This document shows positions 18,576 to 28,221 of a stretch of 64,000 nucleotides of DNA, in pieces. Under the pieces are notes generated by a model that searched no databases, was not told the origin of the DNA, and was given only the letters and a program-made list of their open reading frames with translations. Numbering within the stretch: the stretch's first letter is position 1; each line of letters begins with the position of its first letter. This DNA comes from an uncultured Chloroflexia bacterium (lineage in GTDB: Bacteria > Chloroflexota > Limnocylindria > Limnocylindrales > CSP1-4). The stretch spans positions 96,001 to 160,000 of the forward strand of contig CAVRGP010000002.1 in assembly GCA_963720755.1 (NCBI GenBank), read 5' to 3'. Position numbers and translations under genes: made by a program.

Positions 18576-19445
18576 CTACCCGGTCGCGTTGGCTGGATCG
18601 GGCAGGAGGTGCCTGGCGCCGAACCCTAGCAGGTCCCGCGAGCGGGTGAGGTCGAATGGGACCTCGCGGCCCCGGATCGGCCGGGTCAGGATCGTCGTCG
18701 GGTGGAACCGGCGCAGCAGGTCGGCGGTCGGCTCGGGGGAGAGCGTGTCCGGCGCCATGACGTTGATCACGTGACAGCCGGGCAGGTCGCGCTCGATCGC
18801 GAGTGCGAACGCCTCGGCACCGTCTCGGATGTCCAGGTATGCCCACAGCTCCTCGGCCAGGAATGACGGGTCGTCGCGAACCGCCTCGGCACGCTGGACC
18901 TGGGTCGCCATCGGTGACATGTTCGGGATCCGGAGGGCGACGACCTGATAGCCATGTCGCCGGTGCATCGTCGCTGCGGTGGCCTCATCGACCTGTTTGG
19001 AGAGGGCGTACGGATCCACCCCGATGAACGGATGCGCCTCGTCGATCGGCACGTACCGGGGCGAGATCGGGGTCGAGGCGAAGACGGTCCCGAGCGCAGA
19101 CGTGCTCGACGCGATGACCACTCGGCGGACGCTCCGGGCGCCCGCGGTCTCGAGGGCGACGAAGGTCGCACGGGTATTGGTGGCGAAGACCTCGAACGGT
19201 GTGCCCAGTGACGGACGCGGGATCGCGGCAAGGTGGACCACCGCCTCGGGTCGGGCGTCCCGTATGACCGACGCCATCACCACAGGATCGGTCACGTCAC
19301 CGATCGTCCATCCCACGGTCTCCAGTGTGGCGCCCCCGTCCGACTCGACTCGATCGACGGCGTGGACCAGGTGACCCCTGGCGACGAGCTCGGTGACGAC
19401 CTGCCGACCGACGTGTCCGCTGGCCCCTGTGACCACGACCCGCAT
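18576..19445 (-). CDS. NAD-dependent epimerase/dehydratase (extended SDR)
   Basis: Motifs VTGASGHVG, VVHLAAIP and YALSK; ATGA overlap with the upstream gene. Confidence 0.88.
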   Translation of the reverse strand: MRVVVTGASGHVGRQVVTELVARGHLVHAVDRVESDGGATLETVGWTIGDVTDPVVMASVIRDARPEAVVHLAAIPRPSLGTPFEVFATNTRATFVALETAGARSVRRVVIASSTSALGTVFASTPISPRYVPIDEAHPFIGVDPYALSKQVDEATAATMHRRHGYQVVALRIPNMSPMATQVQRAEAVRDDPSFLAEELWAYLDIRDGAEAFALAIERDLPGCHVINVMAPDTLSPEPTADLLRRFHPTTILTRPIRGREVPFDLTRSRDLLGFGARHLLPDPANATG

Positions 19446-20626
19446 CAGGGTTCGACCGGATCGGCTCCGAGCCGAGCACCGTCGCGAAGTTGCCAGCCCG
19501 GCTCGAACAGTCGCAGGCGGGCGCCTGTCCGCGGGTGCCGAGCGCAGGCGTCGTGGTCGAGCCGCAGACCGAGTCCCGGCCGCTCCGGGACGGGGAAGCA
19601 GCCATCGACCGGATCGACCGTTGGGGCGAGGTCGACGAGCTCGTGGACCCATGGGTCGGCGAAGTCATTGAAATGCTCGACGATGTCGACATTGCGGGTG
19701 GCCACGGCGAGATGGATGTTGGCAGCCGTGGCGACCGGGCCTCCGACGTTGTGCGGCGCCAGCGTGAGGTAATGCGCCTCGGTCCAGCCGGCCAGCCGGC
19801 GCATCCCGGTGAACCCACCGAAGTGGGTCAGATCGGCCTGGATGATGTCGACATCGCCTCCCTCGATGAACCCGCTGGCATCCCAGATCGAATGGATGCG
19901 CTCACCGGTCGCGATGGACAGGTTGGTGGCCGCCCGAACGCGGCGCAGCGCCGCCGCATCCTCGGGCGGGACCGGTTCCTCGATCCATCGGGGTGCGGCC
20001 GGTCCGAGGATCTCGGCGACCTGGGCGGCCGTATCGGGCGAGAACCGTCCGTGCATCTCGATCATCAGGTCGATGTCGGGCCCGACGGCATCGCGGACCG
20101 CCATCACGAGCGCGATCGCCCGTCGCCGATCCGCCGCCGAGAGCCGGACGCTGGCCGCGCCGAACGGGTCGAGCTTCATCGCCCGGTACCCCCGAGCCAC
20201 GACGCCACGGGCCAGATCCGCGATCCGGCTCGGATCCAGCTCAGCCTGATACCAGCCGTTGGCATAAGCCGGGACCCGGTCCCGGAAGCGGCCGCCGAGC
20301 AGCTTCCAGACCGGCACACCCAGGGTCTGGCCGATGAGGTCCCAGGATGCGATGTCGAAGGCCGCCAGGGCTGATTGACTGTGCTCCCCGGGCCGGCCGT
20401 ACTCGAGCCGTTCGATCGACCATGCGAGCCGCTCGGTGTCGAACGGATCCGCCCCGACGACGTACCGCGAAGCCAGCTCGTCGACGACGGCGACGAACGA
20501 ATCGGTCTTGTTGACCGGCCTGACTTCGCCCACGCCCACCAGTCCGGTGTCCGTCGCAAGCTCGACGAAGACGAGATCGCGCCACGGCGTCCCCACGACG
20601 GTGGTGCGGACATCGGTGACCTGCAC
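19445..20626 (-). CDS. Mandelate racemase/enolase-superfamily sugar-acid dehydratase (galactonate/gluconate dehydratase-like)
   Basis: Motifs PAYANGWY, KLDPFG, IEMHGRF, WIEEP, ATGER and APHN; GTG start after GGAGGGG. Confidence 0.88.
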   Translation of the reverse strand: MQVTDVRTTVVGTPWRDLVFVELATDTGLVGVGEVRPVNKTDSFVAVVDELASRYVVGADPFDTERLAWSIERLEYGRPGEHSQSALAAFDIASWDLIGQTLGVPVWKLLGGRFRDRVPAYANGWYQAELDPSRIADLARGVVARGYRAMKLDPFGAASVRLSAADRRRAIALVMAVRDAVGPDIDLMIEMHGRFSPDTAAQVAEILGPAAPRWIEEPVPPEDAAALRRVRAATNLSIATGERIHSIWDASGFIEGGDVDIIQADLTHFGGFTGMRRLAGWTEAHYLTLAPHNVGGPVATAANIHLAVATRNVDIVEHFNDFADPWVHELVDLAPTVDPVDGCFPVPERPGLGLRLDHDACARHPRTGARLRLFEPGWQLRDGARLGADPVEP

Positions 20627-20744
20627 GTCCCCTCCTGCCACGGGACCGGCCACCCGGAGTGGCCCGGCTCGGAGCCGTCAGGATAGCGAGTCCGCCACCT
20701 AGAATGGACCCGATGCTTCCACAGCGACCAGACAGGGCGGCCCG

Positions 20745-23042
20745 GTGACCGTGCCCGGCCCGATCGGCCGTTCCATCCCGCGGATCGACAGCGGCCCCAA
20801 AGTCACGGGCCAGGCGCGTTTCGCGGCCGACATCGATATCCGCGGGCTGTTACACGGGCGCCCGGTCCTGGCCCTGCCGGCACATGCCCGGATCGAGCGG
20901 ATCGAGACCGAGGCGGCCATGTCCACCCCGGGCGTGGTGGCCGTCCTGACCGCCGCCGACCTCCCCATCGTCACGAGCGGGACGGACCGACTGCACGAGC
21001 CGCTCGCCCGCCACGAGATCGTCTGGGCCGGCCAACCGGTCGCACTCGTGGTCGCCGAGACGCCAGAGGCCGCGGCCGATGGGGCCGCCCGGGTCGTCGT
21101 CCGGACAACGCCACTCGAACCGGTCCTCGATCTCGACGCCGCCCTGATCCCGGGTGCGCCGCGAGCCCGGATCGACCAGGAAGTCGTCGCGGCTGAGGCC
21201 TCGACCGGATCCCAGCATGCGGCCGTCGGCGGTGGAGCCGAGGAGTTCACCCCGGCCGAGGCCGTTTCGGACAACGCCCCAAAGCGCAGCGGCTACCGGC
21301 GCGGCGACGTGACCGCGGTCCTGGCCGAAAGTGACGTGATCATCGAGCGGTCGTTCTCCACCAGCTGGATCCACCAGGGATACATCGAGCCACAGGTCGC
21401 GATGGCCGAACTCGATCGCGACGGGGTCCTGCATGTCACGAGCGCGACCCAGGGCACGTTCTACACGCGATCGGAGCTGGCTCGCCTGTACGGACTCCCG
21501 ATCGCCAGGGTCCGGGTGACCGGTGCAACGATCGGCGGCGGGTTCGGCGGCAAGAATCTCGTCCTGGAGCCGCTCGTCGCGGGTGCCGTGCTCGCCCTTC
21601 GCCGGCCCGTCCGGGTCGAACTGACCCGCCTCGAGGATTTCAGGATGACCAACCCCGCGCCGTCGGTGCGGCTGGACGTCGGTATCGGCGCCATGCGCGA
21701 TGGTCGCCTGCGCGGGCTCAGGGCCCGGATCGTGACCGACACGGGGGCGTACGCGGACAACAGCATCGAGGGCATCGTCGCGATCCTGACGCTCGGCCCG
21801 TATCGATGGGACGCGCATGAGGTGGTCGCCTTCGGGGTCGAGACCAACCGGGTCGCGACCGGGGCCTACCGGGCGCCCGGCGCGCAACAGGCCTCGTTCG
21901 CGCTCGAACAGCTGCTCGACGAACTGGCCGCTGTTCTCGAGATCGACCCGATCGAACTTCGCCGCCGCAACCTCGTCGGACCCGATGACGAGATGGGCGA
22001 CGGGACGCCGTGGGGCGTGATCGGGCTCGATGCCTGCCTCGCTCGGCTCGCCGACCATCCCCTCTACCGCGATCGAGCCAGCCTTCCGGCCCACGAAGGC
22101 GTCGGACTCGCCGCAGGAGCGTGGCCGGGCAGCCGTCAACCCGCGTCGGCGATCTGCCGCCTTGAGGCCGACGGTCGGGTCACGGTCGTGACCGGGGTGG
22201 TCGACATCTCCGGGACGATGACCGGGTTCGCGACGATCGCCGCAGCGGGCCTGGGGCTCACGGCGGATGCGGTTTCCGTCGTCGCCGTCGACACCGCGTC
22301 GGCACCTCGGTCGCCGGTCAGCGGCGGAAGCGTCATCACCTATTCGGCCGGACGGGCCGTCCAGGTGGCCACCGCGGCCCTCCGCGACAAGATCCTGGCG
22401 TATGCCTCTCAGGTGCTCGAGATCGACGTCGGGGACCTCGACCTCAGCGACGGTGCCGTGCGGCCGCGAGGCAGCCCGGACCGCGGGCTCACCTTTGCCG
22501 AGATCGGCGAGCGGCTGGATGGCTGGAGTGCGGAATTCGAACCCCTCGAGGGGCACGGTGGCACCGTGCCGCCGGGCCTCGCCCCCCTCACGGCGGCCCA
22601 CCTCGTCCATCTCCGGGTCGATCCGGAGACAGGCGTCGTGAAGGTGCTGCGGTATGTCCTGGCCCAGGATGTCGGTCGGGCACTCAATCCTGCGATCATC
22701 GAGGGCCAGCTCCAGGGCGGCGCGACCCAGGGCCTGGGTTGGGCCCTGTCCGAGGCCCTGGTCCACGACGATACCGGCCAGCTGCTGACCGGCACGTTCC
22801 TCGACTACCCGCTCCGGACCGCGGCCGATATGCCCTACTTCGAGACGATCATCGTGGAAGTGCCCTCGACCGACGGCCCGTACGGGGCTCGCGGGCTCGG
22901 CGAGGGTCCGCTCTGCGGTGGCGCGGCCGCCGTGGCGAATGCGATCGCCCAAGCGATGGGCGTCCGATTCCGCTCACTCCCGATCACCGCGCCGACGATC
23001 TGGCGCGGGCTCCATGACGGCGGCGTCGCGCGGGCTGGGTGA
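20745..23042 (+). CDS. Xanthine dehydrogenase/aldehyde oxidoreductase-family molybdopterin-binding subunit
   Basis: Motifs KVTGQARFAAD, HQGYIEP, IGGGFGGK, GAYRAPG, EGQLQGGATQGLGWALSE and GARGLGE. Confidence 0.9.
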   Translation: MTVPGPIGRSIPRIDSGPKVTGQARFAADIDIRGLLHGRPVLALPAHARIERIETEAAMSTPGVVAVLTAADLPIVTSGTDRLHEPLARHEIVWAGQPVALVVAETPEAAADGAARVVVRTTPLEPVLDLDAALIPGAPRARIDQEVVAAEASTGSQHAAVGGGAEEFTPAEAVSDNAPKRSGYRRGDVTAVLAESDVIIERSFSTSWIHQGYIEPQVAMAELDRDGVLHVTSATQGTFYTRSELARLYGLPIARVRVTGATIGGGFGGKNLVLEPLVAGAVLALRRPVRVELTRLEDFRMTNPAPSVRLDVGIGAMRDGRLRGLRARIVTDTGAYADNSIEGIVAILTLGPYRWDAHEVVAFGVETNRVATGAYRAPGAQQASFALEQLLDELAAVLEIDPIELRRRNLVGPDDEMGDGTPWGVIGLDACLARLADHPLYRDRASLPAHEGVGLAAGAWPGSRQPASAICRLEADGRVTVVTGVVDISGTMTGFATIAAAGLGLTADAVSVVAVDTASAPRSPVSGGSVITYSAGRAVQVATAALRDKILAYASQVLEIDVGDLDLSDGAVRPRGSPDRGLTFAEIGERLDGWSAEFEPLEGHGGTVPPGLAPLTAAHLVHLRVDPETGVVKVLRYVLAQDVGRALNPAIIEGQLQGGATQGLGWALSEALVHDDTGQLLTGTFLDYPLRTAADMPYFETIIVEVPSTDGPYGARGLGEGPLCGGAAAVANAIAQAMGVRFRSLPITAPTIWRGLHDGGVARAG

Positions 23043-23051
23043 TCGCCCGCG

Positions 23052-24062
23052 TCAAGCCGGGTTGCGAGGCACCAGCACGACGCGCCGGTTCGGCTCCTCG
23101 CCGATCGACTGCGTCGCGACGCCCGGATGGTCGCGCAGGGACAGGTGGATCCAGCGGCGTTCGAGGGCGGACATCGGTTCAAGCTGAAGCATCTTGCCCG
23201 TCTCGACGACCCGGGCGGCCGCGCGGTCGGCGAGTTCGCGAAGCTGGCGCTCCCGCCGGCCCCGGTAATCCTCGACGTCGACGAGGACGCGGGTCCACGC
23301 TCCCATCTCCTTGGACAGCATGAGATTGACCAGGTGCTGGAGCGCCGAAAGGCGTTCCCCTTTGCGCCCGATGAGGGCGCCGAGCGCCTCCTTCTCGTCG
23401 CCGTCGGCCACGACGTTGAGACGGCTCGTCTCGCCCGTCTCGACCTCGACCCGGACGTCGAACCCGAGATGTTCCATGAGGTGCTCCAGGATCGCCTTCC
23501 CGGCGGCGAGCGCCTCGGGCGATGCTTCGGCGGCCTCCAGGTCCGCTCGTTCGGCGGCCAGTGATCCCCGGGCGGCGGCGACCTCGGCGGCTTCCGAGGC
23601 CGACAGGCCACCTTGATCGTTGGGGGCGGGTGTTCGCTCGCGGTCGTCGCGGCGGGGCGGTCGAGCGTCGCGGCGGGGCGGTCGATCCCCACGGGGCCGG
23701 TCGTCTCGGGGCCGGTCGTCACGGCGCGGCGGTCGGTCGCCTCGAGGCCGGTCGTCCCGGCGCGGCGGTCGGTCCTCGGCTGGGCGGTCGTCCGGCACAG
23801 CGTCAGGCGCGGCTGCCGGAGTCGGCGCCGACGGAGTCGCGGCCGACGAAACCGCGGCCGCGCGCCGCGGCGTGGAACCGCCGAGGGCGGAACGCGGGGC
23901 CGCCACGATGCGGGCCGATTCGGCGCCCATGCCGAGGACGCCGCGGCTACCCGGCGTGAGGATCTCGAAGTCGATGTCGTTGAGTTCTGCCCCGAACGCC
24001 TCACAGGCGAGCTTCAAGGCCTCCTCGACGGACTTGCCGGTGAACTCCTGGTATTCGCTCAT
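23052..24062 (-). CDS. jag: RNA-binding protein Jag/KhpB (EloR)
   Basis: Jag-N (EFTGKSVEEAL), KH domain (LIGRKGERL) and R3H domain (ERRWIH); downstream of yidC. Confidence 0.93.
   Translation of the reverse strand: MSEYQEFTGKSVEEALKLACEAFGAELNDIDFEILTPGSRGVLGMGAESARIVAAPRSALGGSTPRRAAAVSSAATPSAPTPAAAPDAVPDDRPAEDRPPRRDDRPRGDRPPRRDDRPRDDRPRGDRPPRRDARPPRRDDRERTPAPNDQGGLSASEAAEVAAARGSLAAERADLEAAEASPEALAAGKAILEHLMEHLGFDVRVEVETGETSRLNVVADGDEKEALGALIGRKGERLSALQHLVNLMLSKEMGAWTRVLVDVEDYRGRRERQLRELADRAAARVVETGKMLQLEPMSALERRWIHLSLRDHPGVATQSIGEEPNRRVVLVPRNPA
23640..23778 (-). repeat. Coding repeats in the Jag linker (DRPPRRDDRPR units)
   Basis: Visible in both the DNA and the translation. Confidence 0.8.
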
Positions 24063-24063
24063 A

Positions 24064-25257
24064 TCAGCGTCGTCTCCCTCGTCGGCCCTGACGGCCCCGT
24101 TCACGGGGGCGGATCGTCGAAGCGGCCGTGGTCTTCTTGTCGGCGTCGGTCAGGATGGCCGCACGCTTTCCTGGCTCTGGTGGTGGAGGCATGGTCACAG
24201 GGAATCTGGGGGTGTGGTCCTGCGCGAAGGCTGGCGTTCGCCCGAAGAGCGGGAACATCCCGCCCCAGCCGACGATCAGGTATTGCTGGGCGATCGAGAA
24301 GATCGTCGCCGTGATCCAGTAGATGAACAACCCGGCCGGCAGGAACCCGCCATAGAAGATCGAGATGAGCGGGAGGAACAACATCGTCTGGCGCTGGATC
24401 TTGGTGTTCGGGTCGTCGTCCTCGGGTCGGGTCTTGGGCAACATCATCCTCGACTGGACGAGTTGCAGGCCGGCCGAGGCGATCGCCAGGACGCTGATCC
24501 CGAGGACGAAGCCGCCGATGGGGATGTCGAAGATCGTCGACGGCTTGCCGACGTTGATCGTGAAGTTGCCGATCGAGATGACCGTGTCGATGCACGGGCC
24601 CAGCGCCGCATCGGGCATGCCGGTCGCGGGGTTGATGTTGTTGCATGTCAGGGGAACGACCTGGTGACCGAAGAACTGGAGCATCGCCGATGGGTCGACG
24701 TTGGTCAGTCCGTTCTGGATGACCGAATACATGATGAACAGCAGGGGCATCTGGAGCAGGAGCGGCAGGCAGCCCGCCAATGGGCTGATCCCGCGTTCCT
24801 TGAACAGTTCCTGCTGGGCCGCCCTGGCCTTCATCGCGTCGCCCTTGTAGCGGCGCTGGATCTCCTTCACCTCCGGCTGGAGCATCTGGGTCCGGCGTTG
24901 CGACACGAGCTGGCGTCGGTACAGCGGGATCACCGCCGACCGGACCACGAGCGTCAGCACGACGATCGCCCAGCCGATCGCCGCGGGGAACCCGATCGCG
25001 CTCAGGATGTCGTAGACCCCGACCAGGATGATCAGCATGACCTGGAAGATCGGGCTGAAGATCCAGGCCAGGAAGCTGATCGGATCGGCGCCGGGCTGTG
25101 CCGGAGTCAGGGGCGGGTGGGGCGTCGGCGACGGCGCCGGCGAGCCGGATGCGCCAGGGACGGTCCCCGGAGCGGCGCAGGCTGCGACGACCAGGACGAT
25201 GAGGACGAGCAGCGCGATGAGGCCGATCCGGTCCCAGCGAAGCCGAGGGAATGTCAC
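24064..25257 (-). CDS. yidC: Membrane protein insertase YidC
   Basis: Motifs LQPEVKEIQRRYK, ISPLAGCLPLLLQMP and PAGLFIYW; N-terminal lipobox-like VAAC. Confidence 0.94.
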   Translation of the reverse strand: MTFPRLRWDRIGLIALLVLIVLVVAACAAPGTVPGASGSPAPSPTPHPPLTPAQPGADPISFLAWIFSPIFQVMLIILVGVYDILSAIGFPAAIGWAIVVLTLVVRSAVIPLYRRQLVSQRRTQMLQPEVKEIQRRYKGDAMKARAAQQELFKERGISPLAGCLPLLLQMPLLFIMYSVIQNGLTNVDPSAMLQFFGHQVVPLTCNNINPATGMPDAALGPCIDTVISIGNFTINVGKPSTIFDIPIGGFVLGISVLAIASAGLQLVQSRMMLPKTRPEDDDPNTKIQRQTMLFLPLISIFYGGFLPAGLFIYWITATIFSIAQQYLIVGWGGMFPLFGRTPAFAQDHTPRFPVTMPPPPEPGKRAAILTDADKKTTAASTIRPRERGRQGRRGRRR

Positions 25258-25272
25258 AGGCCTGGCGCCTCG

Positions 25273-25479
25273 CTAGCGGACCGGGTCATAGCCGCTCCCG
25301 CCCCACGGGTGACATCGAGCGATCCTTCGGGCACCCATCCAGCTCCCCTTCAGGAGACCGTACTTGTCGATCGCCTGCTCCGTGTAATGCGAGCAGGTCG
25401 GTTCATATCGACAACTGGATGGCATCCAGGCGAAGACGATGCGGTAGAGCTTGATCGCCCCGATCCCGATGCGCTTCAC
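25273..25479 (-). CDS. yidD: Membrane protein insertion efficiency factor YidD
   Basis: Motifs CRYEPTCSHY and RIARCHPW..GYDPV. Confidence 0.94.
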   Translation of the reverse strand: MKRIGIGAIKLYRIVFAWMPSSCRYEPTCSHYTEQAIDKYGLLKGSWMGARRIARCHPWGGSGYDPVR

Positions 25480-25811
25480 CGCGTGGGCCCTCCGAGTGCG
25501 CCGCCCTTCGCGAGGGTCCGACGCAGAACTCCGATGAGTGTGTCCAGGTCGGCTTCGACGATCGCCGGCCGAGCGATGATGAGGACGTCCCAGCCCGGCT
25601 GGAACGAGGGCGCCATCACCCTGAGTGCCTCGCGGAGCCGGCGACGGACACGATTGCGAACCACCGCCCCGCCGAGCGCTCGGCCGGTCGACAGCCCGAA
25701 TCGGGTCGTCTCGAGATCGGTCCGCCGGAACCGGGCGGTGAGGAGAGGATGGGACCTGGAGGTCCCGCCCGCCGTGAACGCCGCGAAATCCTGCGGTCGG
25801 GAGAGCATCAC
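25476..25811 (-). CDS. rnpA: Ribonuclease P protein component (start approximate)
   Basis: RNR motif RFGLSTGRALGGAVVRNRVRRRLRE; located between rpmH and yidD. Confidence 0.9.
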   Translation of the reverse strand: MMLSRPQDFAAFTAGGTSRSHPLLTARFRRTDLETTRFGLSTGRALGGAVVRNRVRRRLREALRVMAPSFQPGWDVLIIARPAIVEADLDTLIGVLRRTLAKGGALGGPTR

Positions 25812-25843
25812 GAGCCGCGGCGTGTTCGTGCCGCGTCCGACGG

Positions 25844-25978
25844 TCAGGCTGTCAGCCGCTTCCGACCACGAGCGCGGCGGGTCGCCAGGATGCGCCGGCC
25901 GCCGGCCGTCCTCATCCGGGCTCGGAAGCCGTGCTCTTTGGCGCGGTGTCGCTTCTTTGGCTGATAGGTCTGCTTCAT
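25844..25978 (-). CDS. rpmH: 50S ribosomal protein L34
   Basis: Hand translation: [44 protein letters not shown]. Confidence 0.97.
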   Translation of the reverse strand: MKQTYQPKKRHRAKEHGFRARMRTAGGRRILATRRARGRKRLTA

Positions 25979-26092
25979 CGGGGCTGTCCGGGATCCTCTC
26001 CATCCGGCCTCGGGGACGGTCTGTCACTACCCCCTGAAGGCACACGAACGCGCCTGGCACTCGAAAGCGCACGGCGCGTCGTCGTCGGGCGG

Positions 26093-26122
26093 ATGATAGG
26101 CCGCCGCCGAGAGGAGTGTCAA
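26093..26122 (-). promoter_or_regulatory. rpmH promoter
   Basis: Minus strand TTGACA-N18-TATCAT. Confidence 0.6.
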
Positions 26123-26210
26123 ACGAGCCGACCGGATCGGCCCGTTCGTCGACGACCGCCGCGCCGTCGGTCCGTGGCTGGATACTCCCCCAGAGTATCA
26201 CCGGATCGCC

Positions 26211-26240
26211 TTGCAGCGGCCCTCCGCCCGGTGCTATCCT
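26211..26240 (+). promoter_or_regulatory. dnaA promoter
   Basis: TTGCAG-N18-TATCCT with a TG extension. Confidence 0.5.
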
Positions 26241-26431
26241 CTCCGAGCCCCCGGCGCCGGAGACGTACGCGGGAGTCCCGTGAAAGCCCGTGGACGGCTC
26301 GATCGGGTCCATATCGACCGGTGCCACGACGACACGTTTCTGCTGATGCGCGCGACCCTTGGCCTCGATCCCAGTCCTTGGCCGACGCTACCCATCTACC
26401 GACGAAACCATACGTAGGATCCCATCGACGA

Positions 26432-27841
26432 ATGGACGCAAAGCAAGTCTGGCGAGCCGCCCTCGGAGAACTCCAGGTGTCGCTCTCTCCGGCCAATTTC
26501 GAGACCTGGTTGCGCGACACGCAGCTGGTGGACGTCGATGACCAACGTTTCCGGATCTCGGTCCCGAATGGCTTCGCCAAGGACTGGCTCGAGTCCCGAT
26601 ATCGGTCGCTGATCAGCCAGACCCTGGCCCGGATCGTCGGGTACAGCGTCCAGGTGGAGTTCGTCGTCGGACCCGGGACCGCTGACTCGGACGAAGCGCC
26701 AGGGGACGCCGGGGCGATCGGTCCCGAGGTCGGCAGCGACGCACGGAGCGCGACCGCCCGGGAGGAGCGCCGGCACGTTCGGGTGGAGCCCGGTCGGGTC
26801 GGCGGAGAAGGCGGGGCGACCTTCATCAATCCTCGATACACGTTCGCCAACTTCATCGTGGGGTCGGCCAACCGACTCGCCCATGCGGCCAGCCTGTCGG
26901 TCGCGGAGCGGCCCGGCCACGCCTATAACCCGCTGTTCCTGTACGGCGGGGTCGGACTCGGCAAGACGCACCTGATGCATGCGATCGGGAACCAGGTGAT
27001 CGCCAAGTTCCCCCGCAAGCGTGTGGTCTACGCGACGAGCGAGAAGTTCACGAACGAGTTCATCGCTTCGATCCAGCAGGGCAAGATCGATGAATTCCGG
27101 GCCCGCTACCGGCGGATCGACCTGCTCCTCATCGACGACATCCAGTTCATCGCCGACAAGGAGCGGACCCAGGAGGAGTTCTTTCACACGTTCAACGCGA
27201 TCCACGAGGACGGCAAGCAGATCGTCCTGTCGTCGGATCGGCCACCGAAGGCGATCCTGACCCTTGAAGAGCGCCTGCGCAGCCGGTTCGAGTGGGGCCT
27301 CATCGCGGACCTGACCGCGCCGGACCTCGAGACCCGCATCGCCATCCTGCGGGCCAAGGCGGAAGAGGGCGCGGTCCCGATCACCTCGGATGTGATCGAG
27401 TTCATCGCTCGCAAGGTCGTCAGCAACATCCGGGAGCTCGAGGGCGCACTCAACCGGATCGTCGCCTACGCGAGCATGGGCGCGATGCCGATCAGCATCG
27501 AACTCGCCCAGGCCGTCCTCTCGAACGTCCTGTACAACCCGAAGAAGCGCCAGGTGACGCCGGAGCGGATCGCCCGGGTCGTGTCGGATTACTACTCCGT
27601 CCCGATGGACGTCCTGCAGGGCCAGAAGCGCGACAAGGCCATCGTCGTGCCGCGCCAGATCGCGATGTTCCTGATGCGCGAGGAGACAGACGTCTCACTG
27701 CTCCGGATCGGCGCCGAATTGGGCGGCCGCGATCACTCGACGGTCCTCCATGCGTGCGACAAGATCAACCGCGAAGTCGCCGTCAACGACGAGTTGCGGC
27801 GGGAGATCGCCGCCGTCCGTGAGTTGATCTACGCCGACTGA
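26432..27841 (+). CDS. dnaA: Chromosomal replication initiator DnaA
   Basis: Motifs YNPLFLYGGVGLGKTHL, LLIDDIQF, RLRSRFEWGL and GGRDHSTVLHA. Confidence 0.98.
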   Translation: MDAKQVWRAALGELQVSLSPANFETWLRDTQLVDVDDQRFRISVPNGFAKDWLESRYRSLISQTLARIVGYSVQVEFVVGPGTADSDEAPGDAGAIGPEVGSDARSATAREERRHVRVEPGRVGGEGGATFINPRYTFANFIVGSANRLAHAASLSVAERPGHAYNPLFLYGGVGLGKTHLMHAIGNQVIAKFPRKRVVYATSEKFTNEFIASIQQGKIDEFRARYRRIDLLLIDDIQFIADKERTQEEFFHTFNAIHEDGKQIVLSSDRPPKAILTLEERLRSRFEWGLIADLTAPDLETRIAILRAKAEEGAVPITSDVIEFIARKVVSNIRELEGALNRIVAYASMGAMPISIELAQAVLSNVLYNPKKRQVTPERIARVVSDYYSVPMDVLQGQKRDKAIVVPRQIAMFLMREETDVSLLRIGAELGGRDHSTVLHACDKINREVAVNDELRREIAAVRELIYAD

Positions 27842-27874
27842 CCTTCTCCATCGGGATCGCCGGCCGAGCGCGGC

Positions 27875-28145
27875 CGTGGATCACAGCCCGAGTGCGGTGG
27901 ACAACCCCCTCGATCCGTGGACATCTCGGGCCATCGTCGTCGATGACCGCCGTCCCGGGTGTGGACCCGCGCCGCAAGTCCGGGGTCGCGTGTGGGTCAG
28001 GCCCGCAGTCATCCACCGTGACCACACCGACCGTCCGCATGACGGGCGGCTGCCATCCACCGATCCGGCCCGGTCATCCACCTCGTCGCTGAACGGGGTC
28101 GAGCACGACCATCCACATCGCCAACACCATTACTACGATGACGAC
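27875..28145. other. Replication origin oriC: degenerate DnaA boxes plus DnaA-trios
   Basis: Nine TCCAC/CCCAC-core 9-mers in the dnaA-dnaN gap, followed by eight NAN trinucleotides (28122-28145). Confidence 0.8.
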
Positions 28146-28221
28146 GGGATGAGATGATAGGGAGAAGATACCCACCTACCAGCGGATCGCGACCCCGCGA
28201 ACGATGTGGAGTGAGCCCAAC

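Noticed and set aside
15627-23042. Genomic island integrated at the tmRNA 3' end
   Set aside because: No integrase, no duplicated tmRNA 3' end that I could find, and composition similar to the core genes.
20745-23042. Aerobic CO dehydrogenase CoxL
   Set aside because: Lacks the AYRCSFR (form I) and AYRGAGR (form II) loops, and has no coxS/coxM neighbours.
23640-23778. Mobile or regulatory repeat inside jag
   Set aside because: In-frame low-complexity Arg/Asp/Pro linker, typical of the variable Jag linker.
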